NCBI RefSeq assembly: GCF_006345805.1
Contig: NC_043002.1
Span: 3,472,001-3,536,000, forward strand
Length of the DNA stretch: 64,000 nt
Reading direction: 5' to 3'
Source: Octopus sinensis
Lineage: Eukaryota
Numbering within the stretch: position 1 is the stretch's first letter; each line of letters begins with the position of its first letter. Below the pieces are notes generated by a model. The model made no database searches and was not told where the DNA came from. It was given only the letters and a program-made list of their open reading frames with translations. Positions 36,446 to 48,763 of the stretch are shown here, in pieces. A program made the position numbers and the translations under genes.

Positions 36446-37063
36446 TAACACTATGGTTAGTCTTTCATAAGTGTATTTGCAATTTACATGCTAGTATGGT
36501 ACAATGTGGGGGTCCAGGCTGGATTGGAGCTCCCTTCCATTAGCAGAGGAACCTCTGTGTGATCATAAGGAATACATTGGATAATGTTAGCGTTGCAGCT
36601 GTTCTTACCACTATTTAATCTCCCCCCACTTTCCCTTCCCTTCCGTATTCCTCCTTTCTTCCCTCAATCCCTCCTCTTCTTTTAACTCTTCCGTGGTCAA
36701 AACAATTTTGCTTGCCTAAGGTTTCATAATTATTAATTAATTTAAAAATCGTTTATTTCCTGTGCCAACATTTGTTTTCTGCTCATAATGGATAACGAGG
36801 CCACTATATTACTATTTTGTTTTTTTAGAAGATAAATAAATCCACCCCAAAGTGATTTCTTCCACACAACCTGATATCTGATTACATTATTCTATTTGAA
36901 GACTCTTCTTATCCCCTGAAATCTGCAATCGGATATCAGCTTTCAGCTAAAAAAACTTGTTGCTATGCTCTCACTTCTTGTTTATCTCAAATTACACTCA
37001 AAATTATCTTACACACCCTAATTACAATATTTTCTTATTTTTGTGTTAGTGATTTTACAGAGA

Positions 37064-37232
37064 TGTATAGACAAAGTAGGGGGGAATATGCCTTCTATGT
37101 AGACAAAGTAGGGGGGAAACATGCCCTCTGTGTAGACACTGTAAGGAGGAACATGCCCTCTGTGTAGACACTGTAGGGGGATACACCCTCTGTGCAGGCA
37201 AGATAGGCAGGGATATGCCTTAGAAGTAGGCA
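37064..37232 (+). repeat. ~31-32-bp minisatellite, ~5 copies
   Basis: TGTAGACA(A/C)(A/T)GTAGGGGGAA(A)CATGCCCTCTG repeated. Confidence 0.85.
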
Positions 37233-37411
37233 AGGTAGAAATTGCTTCCCTCTACAAAATCTATAAACATTAATAAATTGATATAAAAAAAAAACAAACC
37301 TGGTGATTTCCAATTCATTATAAAAACAATGCTAATCTTATACAAGAAGTCAGGAACAAATGACTATTTTGATAATTAATAACGACAGAAGCGGAATGAA
37401 TACCAAAAGGT

Positions 37412-37797
37412 AATATTTATCTTCCATTTAAAATTGGATGCTGCATAAGAACACAAAATACTGCATGTTTTACCATGAGACAACCACTCATGTGGACTTG
37501 TGGTACATGTAAGCACTCATGTTTCTATCATTAAGGGGTGTTAACTGTCTGCTACGGCCACTGGAACTGCCAGATCACATTATTTCACTCATCCTTGGGT
37601 TGGTCAATGACAGACGTCCAGTGAAGACATCACATAATCTGGCAGTTCCGGTATTCATAGCAAATGGTTATCACCCATCAATGATGTGAACGAGAGTGCT
37701 TATATGCACCTCAAGTCCATACAAGAGGTTCTCTCAGAGTAAATAGCACAGTATTCTAAATTCTAATGCCCCATCCTTGTTGAGTGAGAGATATTTT
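37412..37797. repeat. Old degenerate foldback/MITE (~175-bp arms)
   Basis: GGAACTGCCAGAT/ATCTGGCAGTTCC, TAAGCACTC/GAGTGCTTA, TGGACTTG/CAAGTCCA and AATACTG/CAGTATT are nested symmetrically around ~37605. Confidence 0.75.
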
Positions 37798-38542
37798 GAT
37801 GTTAGATTGATAAAATATTTCCTCACTTTCAAAATCAATGTTCATATTATATTTGATGTAAAACTATTAAACACACATTTTGTTTGTTTCTATCTAAAAA
37901 TGATCGTGTGTGCGTGTATGTATGAGTGTGTGTGTCTGTAAGTATGTATATGTATGAATATTTTATCCAACAATTGGCAACATTTTACCAGACTTTAATA
38001 TTCCACATTGGTCTATGCAATAGTAATGATGTATGTATATATATATCGTGTGAGTATGTATGTATATATATATATCGTGTGAGTATGTATGTCTATAAAG
38101 TGTATGTGCGTGTGACATATATCAATACCAGTGTGTTTATTCATCCTCTTCTGTATGTTTATAGTGTTTACTTTCGTTTACAACTTACATTTTATATTCC
38201 ACCAGATGTATATATGTGCATATGCATTCGTGTGTGTGTGTGTGTGTGTGTGATCATCATCCTCATCCTCTAACATCCGTGTTCAGTGCTGTCATGGAGT
38301 GGATGGTTTGAGAGGATCTGGCAACCCACTTCTTTTCCTGCCACCAGCACCACTGAGATTGCCAAGTTACTTGTGAGACAGAAAAGAAGAGGAAAGAGAC
38401 ACCCCCCCACCTCCGTGTCTAAATAGGGGGAGTCTTAAGAAGGGCAGGGTGGCCTTATGCTGTGTGTTGAGTGGCTGAAATATGATAGAGGGACAAGCAC
38501 AGGTGTCTTGCTGGAGAGGTGATACATTGACTGCCAGACATT

Positions 38543-38722
38543 ATCATCATCATCATCATCATCGTTTAGCATCCGCTTTCCATGCTAGCATGGGTTGGAT
38601 GGTTCAACTGGGGTCTGTGAAGCCAGAAGGCTGCTTCGGGCCCAGTCTGATCTGGCAGTGTTTCTACGGCTGGATGCCCTTCCTAACGCCAACCACTCCG
38701 TGAGTGTAGTGGGTGCTTTTTA
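38543..38722 (-). mobile_element. Family B tail module (further copies ~5490, 9160, 23585, 26160, 27465, 35940, 39080, 42650, 50225, 51360, 52555, 55120, 56120)
   Basis: Shared GTGGTTGGC.TTAGGAAGGGCATCCAG and CCATGC.AGCATGGAAA motifs with (GAT)n/(CAT)n ends. Confidence 0.8.
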
Positions 38723-39567
38723 CTGGAGAATATATAAGGGAGAATAATAACAATTGGGAAGATGAAGATAAAGAAGAAAGAGGGTAGTGATGGGGTGCCA
38801 GGGCAAACTCTCAAGTTAGATGAGTATAAGATGAACAGGGGTGGATATTCCGGGTGTGCTAGGTCTGTGCTGCACACCCTTCGAAAATGGCAAATTCATT
38901 ATGAATAATAATCTTACTCATTAATTCAATCACAAATCTTAATGGAAAATTTTTGTTATACCCTTGCTTGAAATTTGGTGGCATTGGGTGTGGCAACACA
39001 CCCAGGACAACAACCACATGGTCAGTGGACTCAGGGGTGGGGGGGGGATAAATTTATAATCCACATATATAACATACATGGTGATGGTGCCACATAAGGA
39101 AAGAAAAAAAAAAAACAAGTGCACTCTGTGAGGTGGTTGCTGTTAGGAAGGATATCCAGTTGTACCTTACCAGCTCCTGTTGACCCATCCAACCCATGCC
39201 AGCATGGAAAACAGATATTAAATGATGATGATGAGGAAGAGGAGTATACAATAAACACATTGTATCATAATTTTTTTGACATTTTATTAATAATCAGGGT
39301 GGGCTGCTGCCTACCTAGAGTATTCACACCTAGCACAACCTGTTCTCTACATCCTATAAGTATTTGTCATATAAAGGAATGGCTGTATTTCAAAAACAAT
39401 TGGGTTTTAATCAATCTTCAATTATTTGCCATTTTCTCCTTTCTAATTACTGACTGACATTCAAATTAACTATTTGTAGGGAATACTGGATCTTGTTATG
39501 GCCGTAGTATTTCTGGGATTTGAACATAGATCTTCAAATTGGCAGTTTGCTTTTGTCAACTACTCCT

Positions 39568-39609
<42 letters not shown>

Positions 39610-39683
39610 TGTGTAGTTAAGAAGTTTGACATCATGGAGGAGACCAAAGTAGTAAATACCTCACGTTGTTATATCTGTAGGTA

Positions 39684-40376
39684 AGCGCCCTGAGAGAAAT
39701 GTTGGACATAAGAAGCATCGGATGTGACGTGCAAGAGAGATGTTTGCGTTGGTATGCTCATGAACTATGGATGGATGAGGAGAGCTGTGTGAAGAAGTGC
39801 CACTCCCAAACAGTGGAAGGAATCCTTGGTAGAGGGAGACCCAGGAAGACATGGGATGAGGTGGTGAAGCATGACCTTTAAATGTTGGACCTCACGGAAG
39901 CAATGACGAAAGACCGAGACCTCTGGAGATATACTGAGACTGAGAAAACCCGCAAATAAAGTGAGTTCACAGCTGTAACCCACACCAGTGTCGCATAACC
40001 AGCCCACTCAAAAGTACCTTGGATCATAGGGCAACATGCCATGCTTGAGGAGACCTATTGAGTCAAGTATATCAAAATCAAATCACATTCAAATGGAAAT
40101 TGTAGTTGTGATCAATGTGCTGGTGGCACGTAAAAAGCACCATCCGATTGTGGTTAATGCCAACCCTCTCTGACCCCTATGCCAGTGGCACGTAAAAAAG
40201 CACCCATTACACACTTGGAGAGGTTGGCATTAAGAAGGGCATCCAGCTGTAGAAACACTGCTAGATCATACTGGAGCTCGGTGCAGCCTCTTGGCTTCCC
40301 AGACCCCCAGTCAAACCGTCCAACCCATGCCAGCATGGAAAACAGACGTTAAACGAGGATGATGAGAATGATGATT
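39684..40376 (+). mobile_element. RTE LINE 3' end with family B UTR, inserted in one copy of a local duplication
   Basis: LREMLDIRSIGCDVQERCLRWYAH...GRGRPRKTWDEVVKHDL. Confidence 0.88.
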
Positions 40377-40672
40377 CCATTGATTTGAACAAAGATCCAC
40401 AAATTGACAGTTTGGTTCAGTCTAACACCAGACTGACTGATTCCAACAGATGTGTGTGTATGTGTGTGTGTCTGTACGTCTTCACCTTTCAGACCCAATC
40501 AACTGAAGCAACATCCCATTCATCTCTCTAGAGGCACTGATGCCAACAGATGGATCGACATTGTTACCTTCACATGGTGTCAGGTGCAATGGCACTGTGT
40601 GGCACCTTGGGCAAGTGTCTTCTACTATGGCCTTGGGCCAGCCAAAGTGTTGTGAATGGAATTAGAAGATGG

Positions 40673-41000
40673 GGTTCTCCTGAAAGATCTCTGGAGTAAT
40701 GTTACTCAGCAGGGTGTGTTGCTCAGAGATTAAGCGGGTCGCTCCTGGCGACCACCTCTCCACATTGAAAGGTCACAGCTGCAGAACTATGGACATGTTA
40801 TTAGAATGTTGCAGAAAGGAAACACAAGAGAGATTTTTTGAGCCAAGCCAACTCGTGGGAGATCTAGGGGCAGGAAATGGTTGAAGAATATCCAGAATCT
40901 CAGTTGGCCATGCAAGGAAATCCAGCTGGAAAGAGATGCTTGCTTTTGATATGGAGGGGGAGTCGTACCCCATAACCCCTTCAAAGAGTAGAGAAGATGG
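40673..41000 (+). mobile_element. Rex3/Expander-like RTE 3' fragment inside a SINE
   Basis: LHIERSQLQNYGHVIRM...GRSRGRKWLKNIQNLSW, ending GAAGATGGATGG. Confidence 0.6.
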
Positions 41001-41849
41001 ATGGGAGTGTGTGTTTGTGTGTGTATGTGTGTGCATATGTGTTTGTGTGTGTATGCATTTGTGTGTTTATGTGTGTGTGTGAGTGTATTTGTGTATGTGT
41101 ATGTTTGTGTCTGTGTGTGTGTATGTGTGTATGTGTGTGTGTGTCTATTTGTGTCTGCTTCCCTTGACAATTCATGATAGTGGTTGTGAATTAGTGTTAT
41201 TGTCCTAGAAGCAGTGTTGTTCCTTTCAAATGTTCTGCAGAAACATGTCAGGCAAAGTCAGGAACTATTTACTTTGCTTGGTGCTTGGAAACAAGTGAGG
41301 TTTGGCAACAACAATGGTATCTGGCCATAGAAAATCTATCAGTCTCCATCCAACCCATGCAAGCATGGAAAAGCAGACGTCAAAATGATGATGATGATTG
41401 TACACACACACATCATCATTTCACACATACATTCATGCACGCACACACACACATCTTTTGTGTATTTTTTGATGTAAATATTTTTGATGTTGAAATCAAA
41501 GCAACCTCTTATCGTCTGTAAAATTTATAATGGTTGCTATCGTTTGTCACAGCTACATTAGTTTATCGACCAATAAAGAATGTAAATATATCCATTGTTA
41601 AATATTAACTTGCAGTTTTGTGTCTTCTGATAAGACTTTACAATTCTATTTATTGGTAACTCTGATATGATTCCATCACACATTCTTCTGATATCACAGT
41701 TTCATTCAATTTTCCAATTTTTCAAAGTATTTTTAACAAATACCATTTTTCCTTTTATTAGCCAAACTTTTTATTTTGGCAATATTTGCTTTCACTTTTC
41801 ACTACAAAACAGCAAACATTGATTACTATTATTTGCAAGAACAGCCATC

Positions 41850-42092
41850 TTGGAGGGGATCAAGGTAGTAAATACCTCATGTTGTTATATCCGTAGGCAG
41901 TCCATTGGTTTGAACACAGATCCACAAAGTGACAGTTTGGTTCAGTCTAACACCAGGCTGGCTGATGGCAACAGATGTGTGTGTGTGTGTACGTCTTCAC
42001 CTTTCAGACCCAATCAACTGATGCAACAGCCCATTCATCTCTCTAGAGGCACCGATGCCAACAGATGGAGGTGACACCATTACCTTCACATG
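41850..42092 (+). repeat. Uninterrupted copy of a ~240-bp segment duplicated at 39635-39683 + 40377-40575
   Basis: GTAGTAAATACCTCA.GTTGTTATATC.GTAGG | TCCATTG.TTTGAACA.AGATCCACAAA.TGACAGTTTGGTTCAGTCTAACACCAG... Confidence 0.85.
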
Positions 42093-42840
42093 TCTTCTGC
42101 ACTCAAAGCCTTCATTCATCTAAACACCATTCAATTTCAAGTGTGGACTCCTGGTATGTAAGATGCAACAGCAGTGGTAGTGTTCATGCTAGTAGTAGTA
42201 GGGGAGAGGTGATGATGGTGGTAGAAGGATAGGGAGAAGAATCAGTGCCTAAGTGAGCTTTATAGGTGGCAACGAGTGAATCAACCAATGAGGTGGACAG
42301 CTTCTTTCGAATGTGGCACAGCATGTTTGAATGTGTGGGCTGTAATATGGCCATAAACAGTGTGAGCAGTAAAAGCACACATATATATATATATATATTA
42401 TATATATATATATATATCAGCTCTGTTCCCTTGCTGACTCTTTCTCTCTCTATTCTTTTATGTGTTTCAGCCAAAGTTCATGTAAAATTTCCACTCAAAA
42501 GTTTTCAGAATTGCTGATATACCCAGGGGAAAAAGGTTTTCAATTCAGTTGTATTTAGCATAATTTCACTTATTAGATTTTATTAAATTTTCATTAAATA
42601 AAAATAATTTCTGTTTAACAGGTATCACATTAAAAGCTATTAAATTACATCATCATCGTCATTTAGCATCCATTTTCCATGCTGGCATGGGCTGGACAGT
42701 CTGACAGGAGACGGCCAGGCCAGAAGCTGCACCAAGTTCCATTGTGTGTTTTGGCATGGTCCCTACAGCTGGATATCCTTCCTAATGCCAACCACTTTAC
42801 AGAGTGTATTGGATGCTTTTTATGTAGCACGTAAAAATAT

Positions 42841-43242
42841 TTACTCTTTACTCTTTCTGTTTTACTTGTTTCAGTCATTTGACTGCGGCCATGCTGGAGC
42901 ACTGCCTTTAATCGAGCAACTCGAACCCGGGACTTATTCTTTTGTAAGTCCAGTACTTATTCTATTGGTCTCTTTTGCCGAACCGCTAAGTAACGGGGAC
43001 ATAAACACACCAGCATCGGTTGTCAAGCAATGCTAGGGGGACAAACACAGACACACACAAACACATATATATATATACATATATACGACGGGCTTCTTTC
43101 AGTTTCTGTCTACCAAATCCACTCACAAGGCATTGGTTGGCCCGGGGCTATAGCAGGAGACACTTGCCCAAGGTGCCACTCAGTGGGACTGAACTCGGAA
43201 CCATGTGGTTGGTAAACAAACTACTTACCACACAGCCACTCC
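42841..43242 (-). mobile_element. Family A SINE
   Basis: Reverse complement of the consensus. Confidence 0.88.
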
Positions 43243-43749
43243 AAGTGATGTTTCATAAAACTAAACCTAACAATAACTCTTGTATTACTAACTACTTGTG
43301 ATTTCAACCCTATTCTCTTCTCAATGTATCTAGTTTGGCATTATCCTTACCACCCTGCTCTCCCTCTCCCAGTCAAGGTGACCCTGGGGAAACAGTAATG
43401 AAAGCTGTCCTTTCTACTTCTGAGGACAACTGTGAAAAAAAAACTTTGTTTTAACACAAATTTGGCTTCTGTGTCATGTTTGACATTTTGGTTTCTTATT
43501 AAAGTGAATTACTTAGATTAATATTAACAGACTAAAAATAGAAATAAATTAAGCACAATGATTACTAATTAAATTAATGACACAGAGAGGCTATTAGTCA
43601 TCATTATCATCAGCATCCTCATCATTTGGTCATGGATTGAGTACCCCCCCACCACCACCTCCACCCAATTTAGCATGACCGACACTGAACTGCCCAACAA
43701 CGTAAAGATTAGAACTTAAAACTTCAGAATCACAGCAAAATTTCATTTA

Positions 43750-43781
<32 letters not shown>

Positions 43782-44440
43782 CATATATATATATACATAT
43801 ATATATATATACATATATATATATAAAGACCAGAATATAACAGAATGAAAAATTTTTTAAATTAGGTTTTTTTACTTTGAAAAACTAAAACAAGTTTAAA
43901 TTGTAACATTTCAGAGTGTTTACTCTTGTCTACCTGTAGCTGTTACAAATAGGGATGAGATGTCCTGAGGCGACTTCTTTTCCATCTAGAGATGAATCTA
44001 GGAGATTCATCTCTCAAATATTAAATCTAGAATTAAGCATCAGACTTATGAATTACCATTGCTTGTAGAGGAAACATTTAGCATCTAATATCAAATGGTG
44101 GTGCCCCAACATGGCCACACTTCTAGTAAGGCCAAGAATAAAACAACAGAATCTTACCTCAGTAGATTCTGAGGTGTGTGTAACCCTTTAGCATTTGATT
44201 CAGTCATATCCGGCCCAAATATTCTGCCTGTTTTATGTCCAAAATGGCCAGATCTGGCCTCTCACACCTACCTTACAATGTCATTGTAAAAATGCCAGTG
44301 CCACCTGACTGGCTCCCGTGCCGGTGGCATGTAAAAAGCATCATTCAAGCGTGGTTGATGCCAGTGTCACCGGACTGGTTCCCATGCCAGTGGCACGTAA
44401 AATGCCACTGGTGGAATTTGAACTCAGAATGTAGACGAAA

Positions 44441-44667
44441 TACCTATTTCTTTACTACCCACAAGGGGCTAAACACAGAGGGGACAGACAAATGGATTAA
44501 GTCGATTACATCGACCCCAGTATGTAACTGGTACTTAATTTATCGACCCTGAAAGGATGAGAGGCAAAGTCGACCTCGGCGGAATTTGAACTCAGAACGT
44601 AACAGCAGACGAAATACGGCTACGCATTTCGCCCGGCGTGCTAACATTTCTACCAGCTCGCCGCCTT
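44441..44667 (-). mobile_element. tRNA-derived SINE family C with Nin/Deu-like central domain, nested in an older family C copy
   Basis: Minus strand GGCGGCGAGCTGG.AGAA.TGTTAGCAC...GAGTTCAAATTCC (B box)...GTCGACTTTGCCT.TCATCCTTTC.GGGTCGATAAA. Other copies ~44735-44935 -, 46277-46515 +, 58795-59000 +, 5160-5350 -. Confidence 0.8.
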
Positions 44668-45574
44668 TAGATGAAATACCATTAAGCATTTTGCCAAGCA
44701 TGGTAATATTTCTGCCACCTTTAATAATAATAATAATCCTTTCCACTAAAGGTGCAAGGCCTGAAACTTTGGGAGAGGGAACTTGTTGATTACATCAACT
44801 GATATTTAATTCATTGACCCCAGAAAGAAATGTAAAGTCAACCACAGCAGAATTTGAACTCAGAACATAGAGATAGACAAACTGCTGCTTGGCAATTTGC
44901 CCAGCATGCAAACAATTCTGCCATCTCACCACCTTTAATAGTATCAATAACACTAACAAAATTAACAGGTAGAATATAAGTGAATATGATAAACTTTGGG
45001 GCTACATAATACTTTATTGCCGTAATAAGATTACTGTGTAATTTTATATTCTACAAGTCTTTTTTTTTCTTTTAATCACAGGTTTTCATAAAATCCTGTA
45101 AAAAAAAAAACTAAACATTATTTGTGTGTAAAACACATTGATAAACAAAGGAAGTAATGAAAATGTTTATTCTGATATTGTAAGAGAAAATAGCTGTTAT
45201 GTTGTTGGTTGTAAAAGAGTTAAGTTCTTCCTGAAAACAAATTTCAGTGTAACAGCTCTGGAATCATATAATTAGTTCCTACACATTTGATAGCATGCCA
45301 TCTATCGGTTTAGCCTGAAGTGCCAAGATTGTTTTCATTTCACCAGATGCTTCTTCTATAACATCTATTGGTTGGAGAGTTACTTCTCAGAAACTCTAGA
45401 AGAGAGAGAGAGAGAGGAAAAAAGAAAAACAAAAAAAAAGAAGAAAAAGAAACTGAATTTAAAAACGTGAAGATTACTCTCCTAAGTAATTAACTTTTGA
45501 AAAAGTTTCCCCAAGTAAGCCTGCCCAGGGATTGAGTTGTGTGCAACTTCTTTTACTTTCAAAGCACTTTACAG

Positions 45575-45587
45575 CTGATGAATTAAG
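45575..45587 (+). other. Candidate exon 3' end or 13-nt microexon (strong donor AAG|GTAAGC)
   Basis: Pyrimidine-rich ...TTTACAG|CTGATGAATTAAG|GTAAGC in a repeat-poor island. Phase is compatible with the 53603 exon. Confidence 0.25.
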
Positions 45588-47294
45588 GTAAGCTGTTATT
45601 GTTGTTGCTGTTGTGTGTTTCTTTTTTTTTTATATATATTTTTTATTATGAAGTAACTGTCTACATTTGATATTTTCAAGACAAGATAGAAATGTATTTA
45701 GCAAAGACCTGTTGTCATGTGTGTTAACTGGAAGAATAGTTTGAACAGATTATTGAAGTAAAAAACAAACTTCAACATTTAAAGATAACAAGCCTTATGT
45801 TTATTATTATTATTATTTAGACAGCTGTAACCATTCTCTTAAAAATTTATTCTAAATAGTTGGGAATTATTCTGAATTCAGTACATTGGTGACAGTTCTG
45901 TAGCAGAGAACAACTTGTGTCTTCAATAAATTGTAAATCTATCCTATCAGAATATCTTCTGCCGTGTTTTATTGCCCGTCTTATCTGTTCCAATAGACAC
46001 ACACAATACTTAACACTTAACCCTCATACAATATTTCTTGTTGAACAATGTGAGGTAGAGATTTATTTACTCTTCAGCATATGTGTATACACACACACAC
46101 ACACACACACACACGTTTTTTATTTATGACGATATGATGGCAGTTTTATGGTCGCTTCTATTGTATATTGTGGCCTGTTTCTGATCTACATGGCAGCACT
46201 GCAAGCTTTACTGAACTGGCATAATAAGGATTTGCTTACAGAATGGGTAGTCATTGACTGACATTATAATAAACCATGAGGTGGCAAGCTAGCAGAGTCG
46301 TTAGCACACTGGGCAAAACACTTAGGGACAATTCATCTGTCTTGACATTCTGAGTTCAAATTCTTCTGAGGCTGATTTTGGTTGACTTTGCCTATCATCC
46401 TTTGGGGGAAGGGGGGGTCAATAGAATACATACCAGTCATGTACTGAGGGTGATGTAATTGTCTAGCTCTCTCCTCCAAAATTGCTGGCTTTGTGTCTTT
46501 AGTAGAAAGGGTATTATAATAAATAGTTTGATAAAGAGTTTATCATATATATTTGATGATGATGATGGTTTTTACCTATGATGAGGAGGAGGAAAAAGTT
46601 CTTGTCACAACTAAGTAATTTGTAACATTGAAAATATCCATTTTGATTGGTATCAGGTAGGGAAAGAAATAAGAGCCACAAAAATAGAGAACGATGGTTT
46701 TTAATACTTTTAAATATAATTCTTCAGAGTCACTCCTCCATTTAAATGACTTTGAGACAAACTTCCTGTGTGGCTTGCTATCTCTTTTCACCTTCAGTCT
46801 TTTAAGTTTTTGCATTGCCATTGATCTGTTGGAACACACAACCTTTGTTTTTGCTAATTTTGAAAATAATGAAGAATTTGGTAAAATAACATTGTCATTA
46901 TTAATTTGGTGTTTTGGATATAAATTAGCATGGAATTTTTGTGGAAGGTTTTAATTTAAATTACCATAAAATGGGAAGTTTGTGTCATAGAAGTAGGAAT
47001 AGTCTTGGGTGGATTTGGTACCAAAATGGGTAATTGAGGGATTTCGTGAGAAACAGTTGGCCAAGATATAAATCAAATAGATGCTATTAAAAGAATATTT
47101 TTAGAAATATTTTTAATTAAAAATATTACTTTAGTTTTAGTTAATGACAAATCATTTTATCTCTAAGATGGATGGAATAATTAAGCTAAATGGTTATGTT
47201 GTCTTCTAGAAGGTTCTGAACATGTTATTTGGATGAAATAATATTTAAGACCTGCAAAAGTCCCTTAATATCTTTGGGGGATAACTAATATTAA

Positions 47295-47515
47295 CCCTTT
47301 CGTTACCAACCCGGCTGAAACTGGCCTCTGGCTCTGAGTACAAATGTCTTATTTTCATAAGTTTTGAATTAAAATCTTCCACCATACCTTAGTCATAGTT
47401 TATGTTCCTAACACTAGCTTAATGATAACAAAGTTATTTTACTAAAGTATTTGTTATATTTAAAGTAATTGAAAGAAACACAGATCATCTCAAAATAAAT
47501 ATGGTAATGAAAGGG
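47295..47515. mobile_element. piggyBac-like MITE with TTAA target-site duplication
   Basis: TTAA-CCCTTTCGTTACCA ... TGGTAATGAAAGGG-TTAA: 14-bp TIRs with one mismatch. Confidence 0.85.
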
Positions 47516-48502
47516 TTAAAGGTACAGAGACATTTTCATAACAGGTGATGGGAAATCAGAGAGAGGAAGGGTTGAAAGAGAGAGAGAGAGAGTATTAACA
47601 AGAAATGACTAGAAGGATGAACAGTGATGGAAATAAATGAGGGTGTATGAAAATATTTGAGAGAATCCATATTTTGTATCAATGCCATAAAAATTGGTGA
47701 TCTCTGCTTTTGGAAACAGTAAGATCCCACAGTGAAATTCTACAAGTTCCACACAGTGATACAAGGAACATCTTTTCCCACATTGCTGTATATTCTTTCC
47801 AATCTGTTTTTGTATTAATTAAAATCTTTAAAAGAGACTGTTTACAGTGTACAATTTCATTGACAAGAATATAACTACTTGAATTTTCCTCATATATAAT
47901 TTTCCTCACACACACACATATATATATATATAATATTCTTATTGTATTCTTATATCAAAATTTTATACATCCACATGAAGATGCAATGGATCAAATAGAA
48001 CTGATGTTTTGTTATGTATCCAGGTAACAATCTTCAAATAAATGAAATAAGATGTTATATTTCATTCTCATTTATCTTTTAGCTTTCCCCAAAAGCCATA
48101 ACAAGCCTTTCCCCAAAAAACAAATTTCATTCTGAAATTATAACAAGTCAAATGTCTTTTGCTGTTATGTTGTATATCCCAGTCAAGTTTTCTGCTTAAA
48201 ATCTTAAAAGACAAAATGTTTCTGTTTGTAGTATATAATTTTATCAGCAAGAATTATCAGCATTTGAATTATCTCTCAGTTAAGTACCAATCTTTATCAC
48301 ATCCTTATTCCAAATCTTATTATAAGTACAAAAGAAACATATAGAATCTTTATCTCTTTGTATAAATTTTTTTTTTCTGTTGAAATATTCCTTCAGATTT
48401 TTGCTTCTTCAGAGATAAAAAGACTTTCAAACAATTCCTGGACTGAACACGAAAAATAACTAAATCTTAGTTGAGATAGGATAAAACTACTCACTTTTAA
48501 AC

Positions 48503-48763
48503 AAACAGATTCACAAAGAATTTTACCAATCTTCACTACAAATTTCATAATAATAAAACTATCCATTCATAAATAAATAGATTCATAGAGAATTTTACCA
48601 ATCTTTACTGCAAATTCCACAACAATAAAACTATTTTTAAGGAAACAAATTTATAAAGAATTTTACCAATCTTCACTACAAATTCCATAATAATAAAACT
48701 ATCTATTTTTAAAGAAACAGATTCACAGAGAATTTTACCAATCCTCTCTACAAATTCCATAAC
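48503..48763 (+). repeat. ~70-bp tandem repeat, 4 copies
   Basis: AGATTCA.A.AGAATTTTACCAATCTTCACTACAAATTCCATAATAATAAAACTAT. Confidence 0.85.

Noticed and set aside
40664-41000. AGAAGATGG as a 9-bp TSD around the RTE fragment
   Set aside because: Ambiguous, because the element's own tail is (GATG)n-like; not claimed.
45575-45600. Canonical CTGATGA hammerhead core (also at ~3342, 20668, 22446, 60922)
   Set aside because: No stem II followed by GAAA and no closing stem I.
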